DNA of 63,101 nucleotides, filler included. It is 15 parts of 15 records of this genome, joined end to end, with 100 filler letters (N's around TTAATTAATTAA, not from the genome) between each part and the next. Parts side by side here need not be neighbours in the genome. Positions count along the whole stretch, not along the records: positions 8,999 to 13,427 come from SRR15195285_6045; positions 13,528 to 17,845 come from SRR15195285_6050; positions 17,946 to 21,049 come from SRR15195285_6052; positions 21,150 to 24,213 come from SRR15195285_6062; 11 more parts are not named here. One strand, given 5' to 3'. Below the pieces are notes generated by a model. It was not told the DNA's origin. It did no database searches and saw only the letters and a program-made list of their open reading frames with translations. How positions within the stretch are numbered: the stretch's first letter is position 1; every line of letters starts with the position of its first letter. A program made the translations under genes and the position numbers. Positions 11,235-22,903 of this stretch are shown in pieces.

Positions 11235-13098
11235 TTAGGAGCGATAGTCACCATTAATTGTGACGTACTCGTGGGTGAGATCAGAGCCCAATACAGTTGC
11301 ACAACCATCGCCGCGCCCAAGCGACACTTCGATCTCCACTGCACGTCGGTGTGGTGGATAATTTGGATATGCGTCCGATCCTGACCAAACAGGCGGCAAA
11401 GTGGCAGGTCAGGACAAAAACAGTTTAAGTATCGTACCAAACCGACCTGGGATCTAGTCTGCGTGATGATATCATGCGTATGGTAATGCAGGTAGGTCTG
11501 GGGAAATGCTGTGTCATCGCACCGTCTTCTGACGACACAACCACCTGCTCCGCATCTTTCATGTGCTGCATTAGATACGTTTCAGTTTCGTGGTCCAACA
11601 CAAACTCGCCATTCGCGCACAGTACACGACCACCCATGCTGATCTCGCACTTCGCCAGTGCATCCATTCCACCTCCACATTCGTTCCCAATGTAGTCACC
11701 GATTGATGAAGCAAGTCGACCGACGTTCGGGTCGTTCCCGGCAACTGCACACTTAAATAGTGGGGAGTTCACTACGGCTTTGCCCACGCCTTTGGCCTCG
11801 GCGGCAGTAGCCCCCCCAGTCACAACCACCTGAATCAGATGATTGCAGCCCTCTCCGTTGCGAACGATCAGCTCTGCGAGTTCTCTGCACACCTCAGTGA
11901 GTGCTGTGCGGATCTCCGCCACCTCTGCATTGCTTCCGCCAAATGGGACCTTCCCAGAAGAAATCATCGCTAGCGTGTCCGACGTCGACTGGTCGCTGTC
12001 CACGCTAATGGAGTTGAAAGACCCGTCGACTACCTCGGACAGCAGATCACGCAGCAGCTCTCGCGGAAGATCAATGTCGGTCAGAACGTACGCCAGCATC
12101 GTTGCCATATTTGGCTCAATCATTCCAGCCCCCTTGGCGATGCCAACAATACGTCCACCAGCAACCTCCGCAGATGATACCTTCGCATAGAGATCGGTGG
12201 TAAGGATGCCTTCCGCAGCTGGCAAGATGGAGTCCGCCTGCAGCGACGCCACGGCCCCAGGCGCGGCAGCGACAAGGTCATCAATCGGGAGCTTCCAGCC
12301 GATGACGCCTGACATGGCGAGGGCGCGATACAGTCAGAAGCAAAGAGCGCGAAGATTCTCCAAGAGACCACAGAGGAGACAGAGCGTGCGCAGTCCGTGC
12401 GCAGAACGCAGCGCAACGACAAGTTGGGTGGCGAATAAAGCCGCAGAGCGCACCGGTGGATGATGGCAGCACAGCGCAGTCGCTTGGTAGCTGGAGGGCT
12501 TCGCTGATGGCACTACACAGACGTTTTGAGTCTTCGACACCGCCGCCTTGTGCGCATACGTTCGAGATTTTGTTGTTGATCACAATCGCGCCCAGTTTCT
12601 CGGTCGAAAGCAGCTCCCGCCCGATCTTGATCGGGGCGCCAGGAAAGGCATTTTGCGTGAACACAGCGCCCCACTGGCTGGTGGGTTCATCGGGCACGAT
12701 CAGCGTGAGGGTCATGGTGTTTGGTAGCGGCGCCTCTTGCGGTACGAATTTAAAGCTGGACGTGCCGACGCGGAAACCCAGCGGAAGGGTGCAGTGCTCG
12801 GATTCCAGGCTCGCAAGGTACTCGGAGCTGGACTTGAAGCTGCGGCAGCGCAGCCGCCCGACCTGCGCCAACCAGCCTCGATGGTCAGCCTAACGCCCGG
12901 TGCGCGGGAGAGAGTGCGTGCTGTTTCGCTGCGTGTTTTGGTGAACTTTGCCTCCCTCCCTCGCGCGACTATAAGATAACTGCAACATCTACGCATGAAC
13001 TAACTAGGTGCTCAAGAGATTATCGGAGTGGGTACCTGTGCTCCCGCCCCCGGCCGCCGGCGCGCGCGCAGCGCTGCGGCGGAGGTCCTTTGCAGCAT
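11235..13098 (-). CDS. argJ: Ornithine acetyltransferase / N-acetylglutamate synthase ArgJ with mitochondrial-type presequence (4 exons)
   Basis: [14 protein letters not shown] autoproteolysis site; [28 protein letters not shown]-terminal [17 protein letters not shown]. Exon 1 (13036-13098) is [21 protein letters not shown], Arg-rich with no acidic residues. Confidence 0.95.
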
Positions 13099-13527
13099 AC
13101 TAACGCTGGGCTGGTGCTATCAGTTGCACAGGTAGCAAAACAGGCCTCCTCGCACCAGCCGGGAGCGTGCGGGAGCACGCCGCCGTCGCGACGCACGCCG
13201 GCGCGGCGCCACGGGCCCGCGCGCGACCGCGCCGCCGGGCGCGGGCGCACCGGACCGGACAGCTCACTTCGCACAATTATCATCGACTGTATCAATAGTA
13301 TCAAATTACCGAGAGCCCAATCAAATGATTTGTTGTCGACAAACTTGATGACAGGTCAGGCGTGAGGCGCCATTGCCGCATTGGGGGTAGTTTTAGCCTG
13401 ACTGAAATGGGAAGGTTCATTGGATCANNNNNNNNNNNNNNNNNNNNNNNNNNNNNNNNNNNNNNNNNNNNTTAATTAATTAANNNNNNNNNNNNNNNNN
13501 NNNNNNNNNNNNNNNNNNNNNNNNNNN

Positions 13528-13552
13528 GTGTGTGTGTGTGTGTGTGTGTGTG
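13528..13552. repeat. (GT)n microsatellite at contig start
   Basis: Direct reading. The same contig ends in a (GCT)n tract at 17821-17845. Confidence 0.9.
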
Positions 13553-13974
13553 CATGAAATGTGTGTGCCTATGTAATGCATGTCGTTTTGATGTGCTCCG
13601 TACTTACTTTTGATCTCGTGTGACATGTAGTCTCAATTCATTAGCTCCTGAGCTGGGTTCATCAAATTAGACGGAGATTTTTAAAACGCCACTTTTTGAA
13701 AACATGGGCGTAGCTGGCTGATCTCAGAAAACAACAGATCCCGTCTCACCAACGTCTTGGGAGCTGGGTCTGGGACTACTATTTAGAGAGGATGGGAAAC
13801 TGGCTGCGCCAATCCTCCATGTTCCCTACTACTAGCCACTGTCGTCCCATTGCCGCTACTACCGTAGCTACTCGCTCGCAAGCTCAAGCACCCGCACAGC
13901 TCTCCGGGGCATCATTGAATTACGTGCCCGAGAATGGAGTAAATCGCGTATATGTGCGACAGGGACGCAAGCTT

Positions 13975-16900
13975 CTATTGTGCAACCATCTTCTCTAGCA
14001 GCACTGTTCCGTCACCTGCGGTAACTGATGCCCATCCAACCACCGGAGAGACTACTTGTACTCGGTGACGGCCACCAAGCTCCACTTCATCAACCACCTC
14101 AACGGTAGCGCCACTCTGGATAAATGAGAGCGCAGGCACCGTCAGGAGATTGGTACGGTGACGGAACCACAAACACAAGCGCACACGCGCACGCACACAG
14201 AAGCCGGGAGATTGAGACTCACAGGAATCTCGGCAACTTTGGGTGATGCCATCTCTTTGGCTTCTCTCACCACGCCCATCTCCTTGGCAAAATAGAGCGT
14301 GGGCTGTCGTGGGGCTTTATTCGCCTCTACCGCCTCTGCAGAATGCGAAAACGCAGTCAGACCATTACCATGTCGCCACACGTATTAGAGCAGCGGCGCA
14401 TCAGATCCAAAATCAGCACGCGTGAACGCCCGAGCTAGCGCACCAGCAAGTGCTTTATCCGCTGCTGCCTTCGCCTTGTCTGCAAATCGACCGAGCTTGC
14501 CTAGACCACCGCTTGCTGGGCCCAAGAACGATGTACAGAGCACGTCACAACACGTCACAACACGCACACGATGTCAGCAGAACCGATTCAGTCTGAACTC
14601 TATGACTGATCGTTGTGCCTATGAAAGCGCGCCTCGCTATGAATTCGGAGTCTCACCACTCTTCGCACCAAGCTGTGTTAGCAGACGGTCCGTTACCTGC
14701 TGTACTAGCTCTTGAGGTTTCATCCCATGTGTCGGGTGTGGCTCGCAGCTGTACTTCGTGAGTGCATAGAGACTCGACATTAATGCTTCAGACTGCTTTG
14801 CAGCTTTCTCGAACTGACCTGCACCGCTGGACGGGTTGGCCGCTCCGGCCGACAGCAGTGCGCCCAGCACTCGAGCCGTTTTCAAAAGTACTGTGCTGCT
14901 CTCATTCGCGAAGCTCTCGGTGAGAAACGCGATACACTCCGAGCTGAGCGTGCCGTGTGCGCTAATGACATCGACAACCTCCTGTAGAGTCGCCTTGTCT
15001 GGCATCTCCTCACCTTCCTCTGTCGCAATGTACAACGCCTCGTACATGGCCTCCATACTTGCCTCAGCGTCTTCGGCTAGTGGCGTGCCGAGCTCTTTTG
15101 TCTCCTCGGCGGTCGCCATCGGAAGAGATTTAACCCAGCTGCCCCATCCACCTCCATGACGGCCTTTGCAGCGCACCCTCACAACGTATCCAGTCGCTGG
15201 CTTTAGGCCCCCGATTCTGCAAGACGTTTCAGACCCCTCCAGTCTCATCGCAGCTTTCCACGATCCCTTGAGCCGGAAGCCGTACTGAACTTCTGTCTCC
15301 GCAGGTGGTTCGCAGCCTTCTGGTAGCAACGTCCATTGTAATGAAAGGAACTCGCTCCCATGCCCTTCGGCGCCCGCCACTGGTGCGGTTGGTGTCGGCG
15401 TCGCCTCGCCACTACCTTTTGCTGCCTTTCGACCTAGCAGATTCTTGATGCCAGCAACAGAAATTTCGACCCGTTCCTGCGCAAGCTGCGAGAGCAGCTG
15501 CTGAGACATCTGGCGAATCATCATCTGCGGTTTCTCCCCGTGGACCGGATGCGGAGAGGTAGCAACGTAGTTGCGCAGTTTGCTTAGCTCCTGCATGAGA
15601 GCCTCATTCGATCGCACAGCGTTGTGGAAGCTCGGCGGGCCTTGGGAACAGCTCCGAGACAGCGTTGCCAAAAGCTTGTGCTTGACAGTGGTTGAATCAA
15701 CCCACATTCGCTCGTACACCATCGCAAGCACATCACTTGCAAGCACCGGATGCTGCTCAAGTGCACTCACAATTCCTGCCATCGTCTCAGGAGGGATGGG
15801 CGTCTCGTTATCCTCTGTGGCTGTCATGAGAAGCGCGAGTAGCGGCTGTTTAGCCTCCGCAGCAGCTTCCTCTGCGCTCTGTTCCTGTGTATAGCCAGTG
15901 AAATTCTTCGAGAACGCGCCCCAACCTTCCGTCCCATGTACCCGCATCCGGAACTGGTAGCGCTTGCCAGGTGCTAGCCCGTCGACCTCACCCTCGTACC
16001 AGCCGTCGCCACGATCGCAGGAGGACACGGACCCAAGATCCCAGGTCCCTGCATCTGTCCAGGCTCCAAATGTTCCGCCTTGTTGGACGTGAAATTCGAC
16101 TGGAGGTGAGGAGGACTGCCCACCCACTCGCCACTGCAACACGCACGTGTGTGCCGTCGATCTTGCCACTGTTGCGCCCTCTGTGACATAAGCGCACTCC
16201 ACCCCTCCTGACACCAAGTTGCCGATCAATCCTCCCTTCAAGCCGAACAGTCCACCTTTCCTGTCCTTGTTCTCGACATACCAGTCGAAGAACTCTTCGA
16301 AGTCAACTTCACCACTGTTGTCTGCATCCATTTCAGCCATCGCTGTCGCGGCTCCAGCGTTGTCCAGCTTCACGCCGAGCCTCTCAGCGAGTAATTTCAA
16401 TTCCTCCAGGTCCAAGTTGCCGTTGCCGTCGCTGTCAATTTCGTCGAACACTGCACGTGCCTCCTCATGTAACTCCTCCCGACGCTGTTCTTTCGTCGGT
16501 GAACTGGAACCGGCTCCGGAAGTGATCCCACCAAGGAAACCCTTCAAGCCACTCCCAAAAAGGCCTACTTTGCCATCCTTATTCTCAACGTACCAGTCAA
16601 AAAACTCCTCGAAGTCAACTTCTCCACTACCATCCGTGTCGATCTCTGACATTACCTTTGAAACTTGGTCCTCGTCCAGGTCCATTCCCAATTTGGATGC
16701 AAGCTGCTTCAATTCATCAGGGTCTAAAAGGCCGTTGCCATCCACATCGACCTCACCAAACATCTTGCGTGCTTCTGGCTCCAACTCCCGACGTCTCGCA
16801 TCGTCCTCAGCAGTGTGTGCCCCAAGGAAGATCTTTCCGAGCGCACCACTCAGGTTAAGGCTATATTCCTCCTGAGCAGCAGCATTGTCCTCGGTCACCT

Positions 16901-17845
16901 CCATCGCAATCGTCTGGGCAACCTTTTCTGCCACGGCCCGTATCGCATTGAGCTGATTCTCAGGCACAGATGGTTCCTCAAACACCGTCAACGTCCGAAT
17001 ATCACCCACAAACGCAGCCAGCGCTTGATTGAATTTGATATTCTTGCGGAAGTGCTCAGCCTTGCACAGTTCTTCAAGCATTCGTAGCGTCTTCATTTTT
17101 GCGTGCGTGTTTCCACCACTCATCCTCGCTTGCATGGCTTCTGCAACTTCAGTGAGTGTTGCCATATCTGAGTTTTTCTCAACGAACGATGTCACCCTGC
17201 CTACAAGCTCCGCGTCTAGAGCCTCTGCATCGTCTGAGATCAATGTCTGCAGGCTCGCCATCACAGCATCCATCCGCTTTCGGTGTATCTGGTCCTTGTC
17301 TATTTTGGCAGCGGAGCTCGATGGCGATGGCGGAGGAGTACCCTCTGCCGGTGGTGCGGTGAAACTGAATGTCCATGGTTTTGGCGTGACGCGAGCAACC
17401 TTTTTCAGCTCCGTCCATGTGCGAAACTCGGGAAGATCTTCGCCCATGAACTGGCAGACACGCATGCCCACCGTAACACCGGCGAGCTCAGCGAGTCCGC
17501 CCTCGTCCAGCCGTGTAATGAGCAGGCTATCGTTGCAAGTGAAACCAGCAGAACCTTCCGGTACCTCGACAACACACGCAACATGAGGACCCCCGGGCAA
17601 CTTGGCAGGCTTCGGTGGGACCCCTTCAGATGGCCCGGCGCTCTCCCCTTGCTTGGCAGACGCCTCCTTCTCCCGCGTTTGCTTATCAGCTGCTGCTTTG
17701 GCAGCAGTTTTTGCTTCCTCGTCTTGCTGCATTTTCGCTTTCGCTGCTTCAGCTGCTTTTTCTTCTGCGGCTGCCTTCGTCGCCGCAGCGGCTGCGGATT
17801 CCTTCTCTGCAGCCAATTTCGCTGCTGCTGCTGCTGCTGCTGCTG
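13975..17845 (-). CDS. Large multidomain protein: PDZ-like, 3 tepsin-type ENTH/VHS, 4 EF-hands, 2 FN3, C-terminal SH3b-like; 5' truncated
   Basis: EF loops DVDGNGLLDPDE, DTDGSGEVDFEE, DSDGNGNLDLEE, DADNSGEVDFEE; FN3 GLAPGKRYQFRMRV and GLKPATGYVVRVRC; ENTH with PHPVHGEKPQ and PHPTHGMKPQ. Three further in-phase exons end in VVREAKEMASPKVAEIP|SGATVEVVDE..VVGWAS. Confidence 0.82.
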
Positions 17846-18214
17846 NNNNNNNNNNNNNNNNNNNNNNNNNNNNNNNNNNNNNNNNNNNNTTAATTAATTA
17901 ANNNNNNNNNNNNNNNNNNNNNNNNNNNNNNNNNNNNNNNNNNNNGGGCCGGCGGGGACTCTAGAGGTCCGGAATTCACGCATCAACTGGATGCGCGGGG
18001 CGTTTGAACGCCAACAATCCATCGTCACACGTCAGCAATTCGACCCGAACACTCGAGCTATGCTGCTATGGGAGAACTCGTATCCGTAATCCGGGGTCTC
18101 GTGCTGCGCGAGTGCGCGATCGTTCAGCTAGCGGCGTGGCCGCAGCACGTGAACCGCCCACGGCGGTCGACGCATTACATGATCATGTAGTTTGTAGTGC
18201 TGGGGAGGGCTGCG

Positions 18215-20932
18215 ATGGCGGCGCCATCGCCAGGACCGCCATCGCCGGGACCGCCTCCGATCAGCGCAGGTCCCGGTCGACCTATCAAGCGCCAACGCCG
18301 TAGTGACGGGGCAGCTTCCGCCTGCACCGGCGGTGCACACGGCGCGCCTCGCCAAGTCGCGCCCGGGCTGGAGCTGCCAGGCCTGGGCATGGAGCTGCGC
18401 AAATACGACTTCTTCATCAACCACTGCCAAGCCAGTGGGCAGGATCAGTGTAAAGTCCTGGCAACACAATTGCGAAGTCAAGGTGTTCAGGTCTGGTTGG
18501 ACATGGAGGCTGAGGACATAACAGAGCAGGGCATGCAGGAAGCTGTCAGCCAGTCACGCAACGTGTTGGTGTTCCTATCTATCGGCCTTGCAGGCCGGGA
18601 GTTCTGTCGAAAGGAACAGCGGTGGGGCAAACAATACGGGTGCAAGTTTATCGGCATCAAGGAGGATGACGATCGTCACGGCAGAGCCAACTTTGCCGAG
18701 GAGCGGGCCGCCGCACCAGATGACCTGAAGCACCTGTATGATGAGGTTGAGTTCATTTCATATCGGCGGCGCGAGCATGAGGTGCGGGCCATGATCGCCG
18801 AGTTGATGTCGCGTGGCGGCTGCACCCAGCTGGTTCGTGAGACAAGGCCAGAAGTGATGCCATCTCCTGCCGCTACAAATGGAGTCAATGCTCTCGTGTG
18901 GTCAGCAGACGGGTCAGCAAATGAGTTTGCATATACCAATCGGTCTGCGGATGCAATCTGCTTCCCGTGGAGTCAGCTGGGACAGCTACCCACGTGCAGG
19001 CCGACCACAAGTGGCGTTCTACGCATCGAGGAGAACCAGGAAAGTTGGAAAAGTGTGCGGGTGATTGCGCTGTCTGCATATGGCGAGGTGACGCTAGCCG
19101 AAAAGGTTCTGCCGGTGAATGATATGTCGGTTCGCTATGCTCGGACCGGTGAGTACGTTGCCATCAAGCGCATGTCAAAGGCCCGAATATGTGATGAACA
19201 ACACCAGCTCAAGCTAGGCGAGAACTCAGCTGGTGAAATTCAGATATTACGTGAGCTTGCTACTAGTCGACACGAATCTATCGTCGACTTCATCGCTGTT
19301 GCTGAGGACAGTGACAACCTGTACCTAGTTCTCGAGTTTGTAAGCTACGACGCGAGAAAGACGGAGAGCATGGAGCTGCTGCACTACATCAAGCAACAGC
19401 CCCAAAAGTTTCTTGGGGAGGCAGAGGGGCGTGCAGTTTTTATGCAGATCATTGATGCGCTCGACTGTCTGCACCACCGGGGGATTTACCACCTGGATGT
19501 GAGTCCAGAAAATATCCTTGTGAGATCTGGTAACCGAATCAAGTTGATCGACTTCGGGCTTTCAATCAAGTCCGACTCATCACGCGTTGGGCGCGACATG
19601 CTGCCGTCGCGAGCTGTCGGGAAACTTCACTATGTAGCACCAGAGGTCTACCGCGACGAAGCATTTGATGGTGCGTCTGCGGACCTCTGGTCTGCAGCAG
19701 TTGTGCTATTTGCCATGCTCACTGGCAAGTTTCTCTACAACAAGCCGCACGTGGATGACAGGGCATTTGAAATTCTAAGGGATGCTGAACGTTCTGGGCC
19801 GTTCCCGAGGGGCAACGTAAAGGGCGTGATCGCGGCTCGCGCACTCGTCCTTTCTCCGAACGCAGAAGATTTGCTCTCCCGGATCCTTATTCCGGAAACT
19901 CCAGATGCAAGGCTGTCGATCAAACAAGTCCGTGTGCACCGCTACCTAGGGTCATCCTGGGACAGAGTGTCCGACCTTGCCGAGGATGGTAACCAACGTG
20001 TCATACATCAACCACCACTACCGTCACCTGAGCTACCGACAGTCAAGGAAGAAGCCGCAGACCTCACGAGGACATCCTCGGGAGCCCTAAGCGACGTTGA
20101 CGACTGGAGCGACGGTGGCATCAGTGATTCCGAGTTGCCTTCTGCAGCATCTGTGATGATGCAACCATTTGTGACCACGAGCCCGTCTGAGCCATTATGT
20201 CGGGACACGGACATACAGGTTGCTAATACGCCCCAAGTGATTGTCAGACCAGTGCCTGAGCTGCCGATGTCTCGGTCAGGACGTCCTAAACCCGCCGCTC
20301 CCTGGATTGCAGCTGCCATCTACTGGATCGCAGACCAGCAGAGCCTTCAGACGAAGACTGGACTTACGGTCACCCGGGCGAAGGACGGACAACCAGCTGC
20401 GTTCGTGTACAGATCAACGCAACATTCTCAGTCCGACGCCCCCGTCGTCAGTTTGTTGCGCGAAGTGCTCAGACGTTGTGGCAGCGGTCTACATTTCAAT
20501 AGTTGGGGAGCTGTGACCAAGCAACTGCGAGGCGATCGGCTCCCACCGCTCGGTGGGGTCTACTTGACGCCAAAGAATCGCAGTAAGTGGTGGGAGTCGC
20601 CCTATCGTGGTGGGAACGTTCGTAGCCGGCCACACGAAACAATATACGTCGAGGTCGTTCCGGAGCTATTCTTGATGCAGACAATGCTTTTGGAAAAAGA
20701 ACGGCCGGGCTTGATGAGAGAAGCGGCAGATAACTGGCTCGCACAGTACAATTCCAACACAGCTGTGGGCTCCGCTGGGCTCCCACTTTCTGATGCTCCT
20801 GCTACTGTTCAACGTCGTGCTCCTGCTACTGTTCAACGTCCTGCTCCTGCTACTGCTCAATGTCCTGATCCTGGGGATATACATGCCCAACATAGTACCA
20901 GGCAGAACGACGAAGGCGACGACGACCTGTAA
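18215..20932 (+). CDS. TIR domain + Ser/Thr kinase (non-RD) + putative HSF-like DNA-binding domain; intronless
   Basis: TIR KYDFFINHCQ..VWLD..FCRKE (about 18401-18815); kinase VAIK, HLDVSPENIL, DFG, APE, DLWS (about 19045-19950); C-terminal ..LLREVLRRCG..HFNSWGAVTKQL (about 20290-20640); NLS-like PIKRQRR. Confidence 0.88.
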   Translation: MAAPSPGPPSPGPPPISAGPGRPIKRQRRSDGAASACTGGAHGAPRQVAPGLELPGLGMELRKYDFFINHCQASGQDQCKVLATQLRSQGVQVWLDMEAEDITEQGMQEAVSQSRNVLVFLSIGLAGREFCRKEQRWGKQYGCKFIGIKEDDDRHGRANFAEERAAAPDDLKHLYDEVEFISYRRREHEVRAMIAELMSRGGCTQLVRETRPEVMPSPAATNGVNALVWSADGSANEFAYTNRSADAICFPWSQLGQLPTCRPTTSGVLRIEENQESWKSVRVIALSAYGEVTLAEKVLPVNDMSVRYARTGEYVAIKRMSKARICDEQHQLKLGENSAGEIQILRELATSRHESIVDFIAVAEDSDNLYLVLEFVSYDARKTESMELLHYIKQQPQKFLGEAEGRAVFMQIIDALDCLHHRGIYHLDVSPENILVRSGNRIKLIDFGLSIKSDSSRVGRDMLPSRAVGKLHYVAPEVYRDEAFDGASADLWSAAVVLFAMLTGKFLYNKPHVDDRAFEILRDAERSGPFPRGNVKGVIAARALVLSPNAEDLLSRILIPETPDARLSIKQVRVHRYLGSSWDRVSDLAEDGNQRVIHQPPLPSPELPTVKEEAADLTRTSSGALSDVDDWSDGGISDSELPSAASVMMQPFVTTSPSEPLCRDTDIQVANTPQVIVRPVPELPMSRSGRPKPAAPWIAAAIYWIADQQSLQTKTGLTVTRAKDGQPAAFVYRSTQHSQSDAPVVSLLREVLRRCGSGLHFNSWGAVTKQLRGDRLPPLGGVYLTPKNRSKWWESPYRGGNVRSRPHETIYVEVVPELFLMQTMLLEKERPGLMREAADNWLAQYNSNTAVGSAGLPLSDAPATVQRRAPATVQRPAPATAQCPDPGDIHAQHSTRQNDEGDDDL
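20795..20866 (+). repeat. 24-nt tandem repeat x3 encoding APATVQRR / APATVQRP / APATAQCP
   Basis: Unit gctcctgctactgttcaacgtc(g/c)t with small variations in the third copy. Confidence 0.85.
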
Positions 20933-21442
20933 TGAAATATGGCTCATTGTTTGCCGATTGAGTTTTTCGGCCGTTTTAAAACCGTTTTTAGGATTTATTG
21001 AAAGCCACTTTTTTAGACCAAGACAGGACGACCCTCACGGAGCCAGATGNNNNNNNNNNNNNNNNNNNNNNNNNNNNNNNNNNNNNNNNNNNNTTAATTA
21101 ATTAANNNNNNNNNNNNNNNNNNNNNNNNNNNNNNNNNNNNNNNNNNNNACGATGAATTCAGGCTGGAGAGTTCGCTACAGTACTCTTCGATGAGCGAAT
21201 GGTGAGGCTCAGCAGACAAAAAATGCAGAACCAGACTCGCGTGCCTGATGTCCATCATTTCGAGGTGATGTTCGTGATGATCAATGGTTGCACCGGGAAG
21301 ACAGCCCAGCAGGGCGGACCAACCGGCCGCGCCGGAGCACACGCGCCGCGGAGCATCAGCCGGACCCGGAACTCGCGAGCGCTACCGTACCGTATTCTAT
21401 TCTATTCATAGTACTCGCCCGCGCGCCCGCCTCTCTGGTAAG

Positions 21443-22706
21443 ATGATGAAGCTGGCTGCTGTCCTGGGCGCTCTGGCCGTTGCCAACGCCGCACCCGTTG
21501 CGCGTCGTCAGTGGCGCCAGCTCTCCGCGGAGGAGAAGCAGACGTGCGTCGCTTTCGCTCGGTTGCGCTGCGCGTTGCTTGAGTTGGTTTTGGAGGGTTG
21601 TCGCGGGGCTCGGTTGCTTCTCATGCAGCCCGGCAGCTCAAGTTGACACTAACACCCTGCGCAGGTACACGTACGCGGACTTCGTGGCGGAGCACGCCAA
21701 GGAGAGCTCCCAGCATGGCCAGGAGGTTTTCACTGCCAACCTCGCAAAGATCCATGCACACAACGCGCAGAACCTGTCCTGGACCGCAGGCGTCAACCAG
21801 TTCACCGACATGACGCAGTCCGAGTTCAAGTCGTACTACCAGGGGTACGTGGCCAACATGCCCGTCGACGAGCATGTGTCCACCGCTACGCAGGACATCT
21901 TGACCGCTACCCCGGAGACGCTCGCCGACTCCGTGGACTGGCGTACCGCATCCAGCCCGAAGGGCGGTCCGGTGCTCACGCCGGTCAAAAACCAGGGCGG
22001 CTGTGGCTCGTGCTGGGCTTTCTCCGCGACCGAATCGATCGAGGCTGACATCGCGATCGAGACCGGGAAGCTGCCTGTGCTCGCGCCGCAGGAGTTCGTC
22101 GACTGCGTCCCTAACCCCGAGCAATGTGGTGGCACTGGTGGCTGCCAGGGCGCCACCGCTGAACTTGCGTTCAACTACACCATGTCGAAAGGTCAGATCT
22201 CTGCGGAGGAGTACAAGTACACCGGCGCGACTGGCCAGTGCAAGCTTGACAAGCTGCCCAAGACTACGGCTGGTATCAAGAACTTTGTCAAGCTGCCCAT
22301 CAACGAGTACGCACCACTGCTCGCGGCCGTGACCAAGCAGCCGATTTCGATTTCTGTCGACGCATCGAAGTGGCAGATGTACGAGGGTGGCGTCTTCACT
22401 GGCTGCCCGGTCGCGAAGACCGAGACTGTCGACATCGACCACGCAGTTCAGCTTGTTGGATACGGTGGTGGAACTCAGGACGCTGACCTACCGTACTTTA
22501 TCGTTCGCAACAGCTGGAGTGCAGCCTGGGGCGAGAAAGGTTTCATTCGCATCGACCGCACATCCTCCATCGCGGGCACGTGCTACGATGATCCGACGCC
22601 GGGCGACGGCAATGGTTGCAAGGGCGGCCCGTCCAAAATGACCGTGTGTGGTGCGTGCGGAATCCTCTCGGATTCCTCCTACCCGACCGGCGGCTTCTCG
22701 AAGTAG
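21443..22706 (+). CDS. Papain-family (C1A) cysteine protease with signal peptide and I29 prodomain (2 exons)
   Basis: MMKLAAVLGALAVANA; intron 21544-21664; GVNQFTD; QGGCGSCWAFS; DHAV; RNSW. Confidence 0.96.
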
Positions 22707-22903
22707 GCGTCGAGAGACTAGAACACTGGTGTACCACATCACGCGGCTGCAACTTCTCAAGAGGCAAAGAGACGCGGAAAGCTCAAGCAGCCGGATCAAA
22801 TCGTACGGCTGTGCAGTGTGTAGCAGTGGCATCCATAAATGCGCGCGTTGCTGCTGCACACGCAAAGTGTTTTGTCCAGTACGATCGCCACACGTATTTG
22901 ATG

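Noticed and set aside
18215-20932. Lack of introns in the TIR-kinase gene as evidence of horizontal or viral origin
   Set aside because: Other clearly eukaryotic genes here have exons of 2.5-3.2 kb, and the kinase is of eukaryotic type.
21621-22442. Long antisense or alternate-frame ORFs (also 37187-38059, 53566-54387 and others)
   Set aside because: Expected shadows of GC-rich coding sequence, with no independent motifs.
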